Made by a program: the position numbers and the translations under genes
Source: an uncultured Chloroflexia bacterium
GTDB lineage: Bacteria; Chloroflexota; Limnocylindria; Limnocylindrales; CSP1-4
Assembly: GCA_963819655.1 (NCBI GenBank)
Contig: CAWFXA010000001.1
Span: forward strand, 576,001-640,000
Direction of reading: 5' to 3'
Length of the DNA: 64,000 nt
In this document: piece after piece, positions 9,954 to 19,544 of the stretch
Position numbering within the stretch: position 1 is the stretch's first letter
How the letters are laid out: each line of letters opens with the position of its first letter
Notes under the pieces: generated by a model
The model's input: only the letters and a program-made list of their open reading frames with translations
Told to the model about the DNA's origin: nothing
The model's database searches: none

Positions 9954-11240
9954 TCAGGCGGGCTCGTCCGAGGCGATCGATCGGCGGTCAAGGCCGCCAC
10001 GGGTCCTGAGCTCGGTCGTCTGTTTGTGCTCGGCGGCGTCGTCGGGGAGGGTGGCCACGAACGCCCCGTAGCGGGCCACAGCGGGACCCGCGGACAGGCC
10101 GTGGGCGATGACGCTCAATGCGATCGTCAAGGCCACCGCTGCCACGACCGTCGCACCGAACGGCGGCGGTCCGCCGCCGTCACCGAGCGCGACCAGCGCG
10201 AGCACGATCGATGCAAGGCCGCGTGGACCGAACCAGCCGATGAAGGCGACCGTGGGCGAACGGAGCCTCGTCCCGCGCAGGGAGAGCACCACGGGCAGCA
10301 TCCGGACCACGGTCAGCGACAGGACCGTGTAGATCACGACGGATACCGAGAACGCGGTAGCGATCCCCACGAGCAACACGCCGAACAGGAAGAACACGAT
10401 CAGCCCGAGGAGCTCGCTGCCGATCTCGGCGAACTCCAAGAATGCCTCCGGCACCCGGCCGTACGTTGCCGTCGTCGCAAGGCCGGCGGCGAAGGCGGCC
10501 ACGAACACGTTGCCGCCGAGCTCGTGGGCCACGAACCAGGCCAGGAGGCCGATCGCCGGGATCACCACCCAATACGCGCCCTCGAGCATCCACCGGCGCG
10601 CGATGGCGACTCGCACGGCAAGCGCTCCCACGACCCCGACGACCACGCCGGCGATGGTGCCGAGGGCGATCTGCGCGAACGCATCCGAGATCCAGGCCGT
10701 GTCCCCGAGATCGCCGCCAGACACGGCCAACGTCGCGGCGACGACGACGATCGGCGTCACGAGGCCGTCGTTCAGCCCCGACTCCACGTTGAGCGCCTGT
10801 CGGATGCGGCGTGGCACGACCGGGCTGTTGACGACCATGGCTCCGAGCGCGGCGTCGGTCGGCGCCAGGAGGGTCGCGAGGATGACGGCTTCGATGACGG
10901 TGATCCCCGGCAGCACTACGAGTGCCGCCGCCGTCCCGGCCACGATCGTCAACGGCAGCCCGATGGCGAGGAGCCTGAGCGGAAGGCCTGCGGTCCGCCG
11001 CAGGGCCCCGATGTCGATCCGCGCGGCATCGACAACGAGGGCAAGGATGAGCGCCGCTTCCCCGGCGGCCCCCAGCAGCTCGACGTCGACCGTCATCTCC
11101 GGCGTCCCTCGGACGGCGATGCCGAGTCCGATCCCGAGGGCGAGCATGACGATCTGGGCCGTGACGCTGCGCCGGTCGAGCAGCCTCGAGAACAGCGCGT
11201 AGGCGAGCAGCCCCGCGAAGAACAAGCCGACCGTCAGCAT
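9954..11240 (-). CDS. Cation:proton antiporter (CPA1/NhaP-like)
   Basis: LAPTDAALG, NVESGLNDG, GWFGPRGLASIV. Confidence 0.93.
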   Translation of the reverse strand: MLTVGLFFAGLLAYALFSRLLDRRSVTAQIVMLALGIGLGIAVRGTPEMTVDVELLGAAGEAALILALVVDAARIDIGALRRTAGLPLRLLAIGLPLTIVAGTAAALVVLPGITVIEAVILATLLAPTDAALGAMVVNSPVVPRRIRQALNVESGLNDGLVTPIVVVAATLAVSGGDLGDTAWISDAFAQIALGTIAGVVVGVVGALAVRVAIARRWMLEGAYWVVIPAIGLLAWFVAHELGGNVFVAAFAAGLATTATYGRVPEAFLEFAEIGSELLGLIVFFLFGVLLVGIATAFSVSVVIYTVLSLTVVRMLPVVLSLRGTRLRSPTVAFIGWFGPRGLASIVLALVALGDGGGPPPFGATVVAAVALTIALSVIAHGLSAGPAVARYGAFVATLPDDAAEHKQTTELRTRGGLDRRSIASDEPA

Positions 11241-11263
11241 CGCATCAATCTACGTCCGCGTGG

Positions 11264-13795
11264 TCATGGCGATGGGGTCGGTGCGTCGCTCGCGGGCGAT
11301 GCTGGGGCCGTCGACTCGGGCGGCGCCGATGGCCCGGGCGTCGACTCGGGCGGCGGCGGCGCGGACGGGAGTGCTGTGGGGGTCGGAGTCGGTGGCGGTG
11401 CGCTCTCGAGTGGCGGTCCGCTCGACACGATGAGCGTGACCGGGGCGCGGAATGCAACTTCACGGCCGGCCGCCGGCTCGGTCGCGATGACAAGCCCGCG
11501 CGGCGCATCGGCGTCCGGTTGATCCGATGTGGCCGCGACGAAGAGGCCGGCGCTCGTCAAGGCGACGATGGCGTCCGCCGCAGCCATGCCGGCCACATCC
11601 GGTATGACGACCGTCCCCCGCGCGGTCGACACCGAGATCTCGATCGTGTCGCTGCTCACGACGGCCGCTCCGGGTGGGGGGTCCTGTTCGATGACGGTCG
11701 CCTCCGGTAATCGGTCGGTCTGAACGAGCGTCGGCTCCCCGAGGATCAGCCCGACGGCCTGGGCCTGGGCGCGCGCCCGTTCGAGCGGCAACCCGATGAG
11801 ATTGGGCGACACGACAGCAGCCGGAGCCCTGGCCGGGCGGTCGCCAATGAGGAGTGCAGCGACCAGCGCGGCGACGACCACGGCACCGACGACGATGGCC
11901 CCGGTCGACCAGCGTCGTGGGGGCTCCTTCGCCTCGTGCGACGGTGTGGCCGTCACACCACCGGGCTGCGCACCACCGTCCACGGTCACCGGGGTGGGAG
12001 CCGTCGTGCCGGGCGTCGCCTGGCCGGTGACGGCCACGCCGACGTCCCCATCGCGCGGTTCGGCGACGACTTCGCCGAGGGTCCGCGTGACGGCAGCCTC
12101 GTCGCCGGCGAGGTCATCGAGGCCGAAGTCGCGCAGCAGATCCCGGAGCTGGCCGTTGGGCCTGGCCATGACCAGCTCCACGTCGTGCTCCGCGAGGTCC
12201 CGCTGGAGCGTCCGAAGTCCATCGGCAGCCGTGATGTCGAGGTCGACGATCGGAGCGGCATCGATGACGACGCGGTTGATGTCGGGACGTTCGGCCAGCA
12301 GCGACCTGATCCGCGAACGGATCGCCGTGGAGGTGGCAAAGAACAGCGGCCCGGCGAACCGCACGATCAACGTGCCCGGCACACGCCGAGCGGTCGTGTC
12401 CCGCTGCAGGTCCGCGAACGCGCCCGATCCGGGGAGCCGGCCGAGCTCGTCGATCCGTGGCTGGGCGGCGCGCCGGAACACGTTGAGCGCCGCCAGCATC
12501 GCGGCGATGCCGACGCCGGCCAGCGTTCCGTACACGAGGACCCCGACCGTCGCCGCGACGGCGATCGCGCCTTCGACCCGCTGGAGCCGCCACACCCTGA
12601 TCACCCCGCGAACGTCGATGAACCGCAAGGCCGAGGCGAGAACGACGGCACCCAGCGCCGGGATGGGCAGGTTGGTTAGGAGCCCGGCGAGGAACAGCAG
12701 CACGAGCGCGACCGCTCCTGCGGCGATGACGCCGGCCACCTGGGTCGTAGCTCCGGACGCCTCGGCCGCGGCGGTGCGCGATGGGCTGGAACTGATCGGA
12801 TAGCCGCTGGTCAGGCTGCCGCCGAGATCCGCCGCGGCGAGTGCCACGAGTTCGCGATCTGGATCCGTTTCCTCGCCGTGTCGGCCGGCGAAGCTCCTTC
12901 CCGTCAGCACGGTGTCGGCAAAGCTCAGGATCGCGATGCCAAAAGCGCTCGGGAGTAGCGCGACGGCCTCATCGATGGAGACCAGCGGGAGGCCGACCGG
13001 GGGCAGGCCCGACGGCACCGGACCGAGGACGAGCACGCCACGGTCCGGCAGGCCCAGGACGACGGTGGCGACGAGGGCCGCGACGAGCGCGGGCAGGGCG
13101 ACCGGAACGCCCGGCAGCCACCGATCCCCGGCCGTGATCGCCGCGAAGACCAGGACTCCGATCACGATCGACGGCAGGTTCACGGGGCCCTGCGACAGGG
13201 CGATGCCGACGGCTTCGATGACGGACCCGGGATCCACCTGGGTGAGGTCGGTCCCGACCAGGACCGAGAGGACGTCCGCAAGCGGCTGCCCGCCCAGGAT
13301 CTTGGGAATCTGGTCGAGCGCGACGCTGATGCCCACGCCGGTCATGTACCCGACGAGGATGGGCCGGGACAGGAAGTCGGCCAGGAACCCGAGCGACGCC
13401 GCGCGCATGCCGACGAAGACGATCGCGACCAGCAGGGCCAAGGCTGACGCCAGGCGGATGCGATCGTCGGCGACGACGGCAAGGGGGACGACAGCCGCCC
13501 CGACGAGGGCCGCGGTCGCGGCATCCGGGCCGACGATCAGTCGCCGAGCGGAGCCGAAGACCGCATAGGCAAGGAGCGGAACGAGCGAGGCGTACAGGCC
13601 GGCTTCCGGCGGGAGCCCGGCGACCTGGGCGTAGCCGATGCTGAGCGGGATGATCAGCGCTGCCACGGTGATGCCGCCGATCGCGTCGCCGCGCAGGGCA
13701 GACCGACGGTAGTCGCGGACGGTCCAGGCGAGCGGGGGGCCGCCGGCCGTCAATCGTGCCGCCAACCGGCCAAGCAGCCCTTTGATCTGGCTCAC
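11264..13795 (-). CDS. SulP-STAS fused to TM + two PASTA domains + Pro-rich tail
   Basis: GDAIGGITVAALIIP..IGYA, STAS (FAGPLFFA..VVIDA), PASTA repeats (SPNLIGLP..VIEQDPPPG; IPDVAGM..VIATEPAAG); start uncertain (13795-13846). Confidence 0.85.
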   Translation of the reverse strand: MSQIKGLLGRLAARLTAGGPPLAWTVRDYRRSALRGDAIGGITVAALIIPLSIGYAQVAGLPPEAGLYASLVPLLAYAVFGSARRLIVGPDAATAALVGAAVVPLAVVADDRIRLASALALLVAIVFVGMRAASLGFLADFLSRPILVGYMTGVGISVALDQIPKILGGQPLADVLSVLVGTDLTQVDPGSVIEAVGIALSQGPVNLPSIVIGVLVFAAITAGDRWLPGVPVALPALVAALVATVVLGLPDRGVLVLGPVPSGLPPVGLPLVSIDEAVALLPSAFGIAILSFADTVLTGRSFAGRHGEETDPDRELVALAAADLGGSLTSGYPISSSPSRTAAAEASGATTQVAGVIAAGAVALVLLFLAGLLTNLPIPALGAVVLASALRFIDVRGVIRVWRLQRVEGAIAVAATVGVLVYGTLAGVGIAAMLAALNVFRRAAQPRIDELGRLPGSGAFADLQRDTTARRVPGTLIVRFAGPLFFATSTAIRSRIRSLLAERPDINRVVIDAAPIVDLDITAADGLRTLQRDLAEHDVELVMARPNGQLRDLLRDFGLDDLAGDEAAVTRTLGEVVAEPRDGDVGVAVTGQATPGTTAPTPVTVDGGAQPGGVTATPSHEAKEPPRRWSTGAIVVGAVVVAALVAALLIGDRPARAPAAVVSPNLIGLPLERARAQAQAVGLILGEPTLVQTDRLPEATVIEQDPPPGAAVVSSDTIEISVSTARGTVVIPDVAGMAAADAIVALTSAGLFVAATSDQPDADAPRGLVIATEPAAGREVAFRAPVTLIVSSGPPLESAPPPTPTPTALPSAPPPPESTPGPSAPPESTAPASPASDAPTPSP

Positions 13796-13889
13796 GTGAT
13801 CGGTCGAACGGTCGTCGGAGGGTGCGTGCCGGCCTCCCGAGAGCACGGGTGGATGGTCGTACGATTGCGACTGCGCATCTAGGCGAGCA

Positions 13890-13906
13890 TCGTCCGGTTC
13901 GGATGA
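13890..13906. promoter_or_regulatory. 17-bp palindromic operator (TCGTCCggttcGGATGA)
   Basis: Consensus match in a divergent promoter region. Confidence 0.65.
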
Positions 13907-13937
13907 AGGGCGTAGCCACGCGCGCTCTGCCCCGCAA

Positions 13938-13954
13938 TCACCCGCTTCGAATGA
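13938..13954. promoter_or_regulatory. 17-bp palindromic operator (TCACCCgcttcGAATGA)
   Basis: Consensus match; CACAGT 22 nt downstream toward the K+ channel gene. Confidence 0.65.
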
Positions 13955-14049
13955 CGACCCGCCCCCGTTTCACGGGCACAGTCGGGCGGGATCACGCGAG
14001 CGCATCGTGGACGGTCAACCGGCCGCGCGGCGCAGCAGGAGGGATCACG

Positions 14050-14880
14050 ATGACCGCGGATGACGTAGCCGTCGCGCCGTTGGATCGGCAGGCGGCCGCC
14101 ATGAACGAGAGCCCGGTATATGAGCTTTTCATCGGGCTCATGACCATCATCTCGCTCATCATCGTGTTCTTTCATGTCATCGTCCGCGTTCCACAGGTCG
14201 ACGCCATCCTGACCTCGACGGACACCCTGGTCTGCTTCCTATTCCTGTTCGACTTCGCGCGGTCGTACCGGCGCGCGCCCGACAAGCGTGTCTACATGTT
14301 CGGCGAGCAACCTGGGAGGACATTGCCCCGCGGGCTGTTCGACCTGCTCGGGAGCATCCCGAGCGCTGAGATCTTCCGGGTGCTCCGGATCTTCCGAGTC
14401 GCGCGATTGACGCGGCTGGTGCGAGCCAGCGGGTCACGCGGTCTGGCGGCAGAGTTCTTCAAGCGTCGCGCCGAATCGGCCGTGTACGTGATCACCCTGA
14501 TGTCGTTCGTGGTCCTCCTCGTGGGCAGCATCCTGATCGCGTACGTCGAGCCGCCGGCACAAGGCTCGAACATCAAGACCGGGGGCGACGCGTTCTGGTG
14601 GGCGTTTGTCACCATCACCACAGTCGGGTACGGAGACCGATTCCCGGTGACCGAGGCCGGCCGGATCGTCGGGATGTTCACCATGGCGGTGGGGATCGGT
14701 ATCTTCGGTGTCCTCACGAGCTACCTCTCGACGGTGTTCCTCGCTCGGCCGGAGGACGATCCGGCCGCGACCACGCCGGCGCCCAAACCGGCGCCGGACC
14801 CGATCCAGGCCGAGCTGGCCGCATTGCGGGCCGAAATGGCCGGCCTGCGCCGAGTGCTGGAGGTACAGGAGAGTGGCTGA
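14050..14880 (+). CDS. 6-TM potassium channel (ion transporter)
   Basis: TTVGYGD selectivity filter, Arg-rich S4 (RVLRIFRVARLTR); AGGAGG RBS before ATG 14050. Confidence 0.93.
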   Translation: MTADDVAVAPLDRQAAAMNESPVYELFIGLMTIISLIIVFFHVIVRVPQVDAILTSTDTLVCFLFLFDFARSYRRAPDKRVYMFGEQPGRTLPRGLFDLLGSIPSAEIFRVLRIFRVARLTRLVRASGSRGLAAEFFKRRAESAVYVITLMSFVVLLVGSILIAYVEPPAQGSNIKTGGDAFWWAFVTITTVGYGDRFPVTEAGRIVGMFTMAVGIGIFGVLTSYLSTVFLARPEDDPAATTPAPKPAPDPIQAELAALRAEMAGLRRVLEVQESG

Positions 14881-17137
14881 TCTCGGGTTCGGCGCCGTCT
14901 CGACCGAGGACCCCCTGGTCCCCGGATGGCTGGAGCGCCTTGCCGCGGTCGGCTGGCGTGTCCTGGTCACGCTCGCTCTCGGTGTGGTCCTGTTCGGGAT
15001 CGCCGGGCAGTTGGCCACGGTCGTCGCGTCGATCATCGTTGCGCTGATCCTTGCCGCCACGCTCGCCCCATACGTCGCGGAGCGCCGCGCACGGGGTTGG
15101 GGTCGCAGCAAGGCGGCCGGGGTGGTCTCCCTGATGGCGGTCCTGGTGCTCGGCACCGCCATCGCCGCGATCGTCATCGCGGTGGTCCCGTCCCTGAGCG
15201 CGATCGTGACCGCGTTCGACGTTGGGGTCGGCAACGCCCGGGCAGAGTTGGCGTCGATCGGCCTCCCGGCCGAAGTCGCGGACATCCTCCAGCGCATCTC
15301 GGACGCCATTCGCGGGCTCGCCCTGGACGGACTCGCCGACATCGTCGGCGCCGCAGCAAACGTCGTGACGATCGCGATCCTGGGCGGATTCCTGACGTTC
15401 TTTCTGTTGCTCGACGGGGACAAGGCATGGGACTGGGTGTTGGCGGCGACCGACGGTTGGCGCCGCGAGGCACTGATGACCGGTGGCCGACGCGCGGTCG
15501 ATCAGGTCGGTGGGTACATCCGGGGCACATCGCTGATGGCGGCCGCCACAGCCGTCCTGGCCGGCGTCGTCATGTGGCTCTTGGGGGTCCCACTCGCCGG
15601 GCCATTGGCCGTGGTCGTCCTGCTCGGCGCGTTCGTGCCGTATGTCGGGCGTGCCTTGACGGCATTGGTCATCGTCGCCGTCTGCTGGGCGACGCGCGGA
15701 GCCGCGCCCGCGTTCGTCCTGCTCGCCGTCTTCGTGATCGGCTCGATCGTACTCGAGCGCACCCTGGCTCGGCTCACGTCAGGACGGCGTCTCGAACTCC
15801 ACCCGATCCTCGCGGTCATCGGACTGCCGTTGGGCCTGGCGGCAGGTGGGTTCGGTGGCCTCGTGGTCATCCTGCCGGTGCTCGCCTTCGCGCAGACGGC
15901 GGCCGGCGTCCTCATCACGGCCCTGGGCCGCGAACCGGTCAAGCCGGGTGCGACCACGGCGGGCGCGATCGAGGCGACGGCGACGGAGGCGACTCCGACC
16001 CCGGCCGACTCGGCGACTCCCGCGACCCCGGCAACATCGAGATCTTCGATGAGTTCGGGCCTTGTCCCGGTCTGGCTGGATCGCCTGGGTCAATGGAGCT
16101 GGCGTTCCTTGATCGTCGCGGCGATGTTCCTCGTCGTCGCCCAGGTCGCTCTCCAGTTCCCCGGCGTGATCATGCCGGTGGTCATCGCGGTCATCCTGGC
16201 GGCGACGCTCGCCCCGGCGGCCGCGGCACTGGAGCGACGCGGCGTGAACCGGGGCACGGCCGCGATGGCCGTGACCGTCGGGACGAGCGCCGCGATCATC
16301 GCCGTGGTGATCATCACGCTCGCATCCCTCGTCGGACCGATGTCGCAGGTGGTCTCCAGCGCCACCCAGGGAGCGGAGGCGTCCGGCGCCCAGGCGGTCG
16401 GGATCGGGTCGTTCGTGGCGGCCATCGGCGACGGCTTGCTCGCGACGGTCACGGGTGCCGCGGCGAATGTCATCGGGATCGTCGTCGTGTTGCTGCTCGG
16501 CGGGTTCCTCACGTTCTACTTCATCCGGGACGGCGGGCGCGTGTGGCACGAGCTCACGCGCGGTGTACCGGCCGACCGCCGCGGACTGCTCGACGCCGCG
16601 GGCACACGCGCCGTCGACGTGCTCGGCGGGTACATGCTCGGGACGGCGGCGATCTCGGCCTTCGGAGCAGCCAGTCAGTGGGTGATCATGGTGCTCCTGG
16701 GGCTTCCGCTCGCGCTCCCCCTGGCGATCCTCGCGCTCTTCGCCGGGTTCGTCCCGTACGTTGGCGGGTTCATCGCGACCGGCCTGGCGTTCCTCGTAGC
16801 GGTTGCCGTCGGCGATCAGACGGACATCGTCGTGATGTTCATCTACACGATCGTCTTCAACATCGTCCAGGGCAACTTCGTCACCCCGCTCGTGTACGGC
16901 AAGGCCGTGAGCCTCCACCCGGCGATCGTCCTTCTCGCCGTGCCGATCGGGAATGCCCTGGCGGGGATCGTCGGCATGTTCCTCGTGGTGCCGGTGGCCG
17001 GCGTCATCGCGACGACGTGGCGAGCGGTGCTGCAGGTCATCGATGCGGGCGACCTCGTGAAGCCGGAGCCGCTCAGCAGCACGGCACCGAGCGAGGAGAC
17101 CGGCCCGATCGTGCCTGACGCGGTGGTGGGAGGGTAG
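14873..17137 (+). CDS. AI-2E (PerM) family transporter, tandem double-domain (754 aa)
   Basis: Two repeats each with VP.WL.RL, FLTF....DG, FVPYVG, LHP motifs; Thr/Ala/Pro linker; GTG overlaps upstream stop. Confidence 0.88.
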   Translation: MADLGFGAVSTEDPLVPGWLERLAAVGWRVLVTLALGVVLFGIAGQLATVVASIIVALILAATLAPYVAERRARGWGRSKAAGVVSLMAVLVLGTAIAAIVIAVVPSLSAIVTAFDVGVGNARAELASIGLPAEVADILQRISDAIRGLALDGLADIVGAAANVVTIAILGGFLTFFLLLDGDKAWDWVLAATDGWRREALMTGGRRAVDQVGGYIRGTSLMAAATAVLAGVVMWLLGVPLAGPLAVVVLLGAFVPYVGRALTALVIVAVCWATRGAAPAFVLLAVFVIGSIVLERTLARLTSGRRLELHPILAVIGLPLGLAAGGFGGLVVILPVLAFAQTAAGVLITALGREPVKPGATTAGAIEATATEATPTPADSATPATPATSRSSMSSGLVPVWLDRLGQWSWRSLIVAAMFLVVAQVALQFPGVIMPVVIAVILAATLAPAAAALERRGVNRGTAAMAVTVGTSAAIIAVVIITLASLVGPMSQVVSSATQGAEASGAQAVGIGSFVAAIGDGLLATVTGAAANVIGIVVVLLLGGFLTFYFIRDGGRVWHELTRGVPADRRGLLDAAGTRAVDVLGGYMLGTAAISAFGAASQWVIMVLLGLPLALPLAILALFAGFVPYVGGFIATGLAFLVAVAVGDQTDIVVMFIYTIVFNIVQGNFVTPLVYGKAVSLHPAIVLLAVPIGNALAGIVGMFLVVPVAGVIATTWRAVLQVIDAGDLVKPEPLSSTAPSEETGPIVPDAVVGG

Positions 17138-17139
17138 CG

Positions 17140-18282
17140 ATGGATACAGGCCACCCCGAACGGAGACCGCTGGCCCGCGTGATCTCGCCGCGCGAGATGC
17201 GGCTGCTGTTCTGGCTGGTCGTGATCGCGCTCGTCGGAGTCATCGGCGTTCTTGGCTCCGGGATCGCAGATACGCTGTCGGGCCCGGCCGTCATCCTGTT
17301 CGTGGCCTGGCTGATGGCCTACGTCCTCGAGCCGGCGGTCACATGGTTGGCCCGCCATATGCCGTTCCACTCGCGCGGCCTCGGGGTCGCGGTGACGTAC
17401 CTCCTGACGGTCATCGTGACCTTCGCCGTCCTGCTCGGTGCCGGTGCCGCCCTCCTGAGCGCGGCGGTCACGTTCGTGGAGCAGCTGCCCGCGATCAAGG
17501 CCCGGGTCTCCGAGCTGGTCCAGCCGCTCGCTGCGTCAATGGGGCTGAGCCCACCAGGGCCCGTGGATCTGGCCGACGCCGTCGCGGGCGAGGTGGTCGC
17601 GAACGGGGAGGCCATCGGCGATGCGGTGAGCGCCTCGTTGCAGAACATCGTGGCCGTGGTTGCTGGATTGTTCACGGCGGTGGTCATCTCCGTCGGCATG
17701 GCCGCCGGTGAGGTGACGCTGCTCGGCTGGCTTCGTCGTTTCCTGCCCGAGCGGTCCTACGCCGACATCGCCGCCCTCGAGCGGGCGATCGCCTTGTCGT
17801 TCGGTGGGTTCATCCGCGGCCGGGGCCTGATCGGGCTGATCTTCGGTGTCCTGATCTCGGTCGCGGCGGTCGCCCTCGGCGTCCCGTTCGCGCCGCTCAT
17901 CGCGGTCATCGCGGGGCTCATCCAGTTCATCCCGTTCGTCGGCCCGCTGCTGGGCTGGGCCGTCCTGCCGGGCTTTGCCCTCGTCCTGGAACCGACCGTC
18001 GCAGGCCCAGCCCTGGTCGTCAGCCTGCTGATCGCCGGCATCCTTCAGGCGATCGTCACCCGGATGGTGATGGGCCGGGCGGTCAAGATCAGCGCCGCGG
18101 CAGTCCTGGCCGTCGTGATGCTCGGGACGGCGATCGCCGGCGTCATGGGCGCCATCTTCGCGATCCCGACCGCCGGGGCGATCCTGGCCATCAGCGACTA
18201 CCTGCGCAAGCGCGACGTCCTGTTGCGACCCCAGGACGAAGATCTGACGCTGACCGATCCCGAGGCCGTCACGCCGGCCTGA
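17140..18282 (+). CDS. AI-2E family transporter
   Basis: AYVLEPAV, GGFIRG, QFIPFVGP, GAIFAIP. Confidence 0.9.
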   Translation: MDTGHPERRPLARVISPREMRLLFWLVVIALVGVIGVLGSGIADTLSGPAVILFVAWLMAYVLEPAVTWLARHMPFHSRGLGVAVTYLLTVIVTFAVLLGAGAALLSAAVTFVEQLPAIKARVSELVQPLAASMGLSPPGPVDLADAVAGEVVANGEAIGDAVSASLQNIVAVVAGLFTAVVISVGMAAGEVTLLGWLRRFLPERSYADIAALERAIALSFGGFIRGRGLIGLIFGVLISVAAVALGVPFAPLIAVIAGLIQFIPFVGPLLGWAVLPGFALVLEPTVAGPALVVSLLIAGILQAIVTRMVMGRAVKISAAAVLAVVMLGTAIAGVMGAIFAIPTAGAILAISDYLRKRDVLLRPQDEDLTLTDPEAVTPA

Positions 18283-18334
18283 CGATGCAGCGGAACCCGA
18301 TGTGGCCCGTTGCTCGTTGGCTGTCCCAGGTCGG

Positions 18335-19531
18335 CTATGTGGACGTGCGCCGCCGAGGCGAGCTCGTCGGCGCTTTGGGTGACGGTGCCCCAGGCGGCGC
18401 GTCCGTGAGCGTGTGCATGATCAGCGCGTCCGCGACATCGGCGTTGGAGCCCACCTGCACCATGGCCCTGGTATTGGCGGCCAGCGAGCGAGCGACCTCG
18501 ATCCGCTCCTCCTCGAGGTCTCGGCGTGCGGCGTTCGGGAATGCGGCCAGCCTCGACTCGAGATGCTGGAGGCGGAGCGCCTCATTGGCCGCCTCGAGCT
18601 CGATCCGTTCGCGCTGGTGGGCAACGCGCTGGCGTTCGAGCGACTCCCGGTCTGCCAGCAGTCGCTCCTCGAGCGCATGCTGCTCGGTCTGCTCGTCGCG
18701 CCGCACCGACGCGAGCCGGCGCGATTCGCGCGAAGCCATGTACTCGAGCGGCGGCTGGACGCGGATGATCACGACACGTCTGACCTCGACGCCATAGGGC
18801 GCAAGCGAGGCCTCGATCGCAGTCTGCAGGGCCGACGTGTCCGCGGACGACAGGTCGAGGATCTCGTCCGAGCGCTTCGCCCGGACGAGCGTCCTGATGG
18901 CATCGAGAGCGGACGCCTGGCAGACCTGGTCGAAGTCGGGTGCGGAGATCGCGAACACGAAGCGCTCCGGGGCCGTGATGCTGAAGGTGAGGAGCATGTC
19001 GAGATCGACCCGCACATCGTCGCGGGTCGACAACGCCGATCCAGGTGTATCGAACGGGATCTCGCGCGTCGTGACCACGTGCGACACGACGATCCAGGGC
19101 GGGACGATATGCCGCCCCGCACCGAGCGTCCGGTGGTAGCGACCGCTCTTGAGCAGCAATGCGCGCGCTCCCTCGGGGACCGGCACGATGAACGACTGGA
19201 AGACGCCCAGGAAGATGGCGACAGCGCCGACGCCGAGGAGCCCACCCCGGACGGCGACGTCGACTTCGAAGAGCAGCGCGAGCACGATGGCGATGGCGCC
19301 GGCGATGACGAACGCATTCCGGATGCGGAAGGGCTGCTTGGGCAGGACCACGATCGGGAGGCGACCGGACGGATCGGGCACGGTCAAGGCCTCGCCGGCC
19401 TCTTCGAGGGGGACGCGTGCCTGAGTCAGCTGGACCGGGACGGGCTGCGGCACGGCCGGTTCTCCGGGCGCGGCGGCCGTGGCTGGAGACGGCGCCGTCG
19501 ATGCGCCCTGAAGGGTCGGATCGTCTGCCAT
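18335..19531 (-). CDS. SPFH/band-7 domain membrane protein
   Basis: 2 TM then VPEG...GRYHRTL..G, TRDDVRV, YGVEVRRVVI; coiled-coil tail. Confidence 0.88.
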   Translation of the reverse strand: MADDPTLQGASTAPSPATAAAPGEPAVPQPVPVQLTQARVPLEEAGEALTVPDPSGRLPIVVLPKQPFRIRNAFVIAGAIAIVLALLFEVDVAVRGGLLGVGAVAIFLGVFQSFIVPVPEGARALLLKSGRYHRTLGAGRHIVPPWIVVSHVVTTREIPFDTPGSALSTRDDVRVDLDMLLTFSITAPERFVFAISAPDFDQVCQASALDAIRTLVRAKRSDEILDLSSADTSALQTAIEASLAPYGVEVRRVVIIRVQPPLEYMASRESRRLASVRRDEQTEQHALEERLLADRESLERQRVAHQRERIELEAANEALRLQHLESRLAAFPNAARRDLEEERIEVARSLAANTRAMVQVGSNADVADALIMHTLTDAPPGAPSPKAPTSSPRRRTST

Positions 19532-19544
19532 CGTGCTCAGGACC

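Noticed and set aside
11264-11420. Short direct repeats (GTCGACTCGGGCGGCG twice); also repeats near 15950-16030 and 55420-55530
   Set aside because: Encode Pro/Ser/Thr/Gly-rich protein linkers, not independent DNA elements
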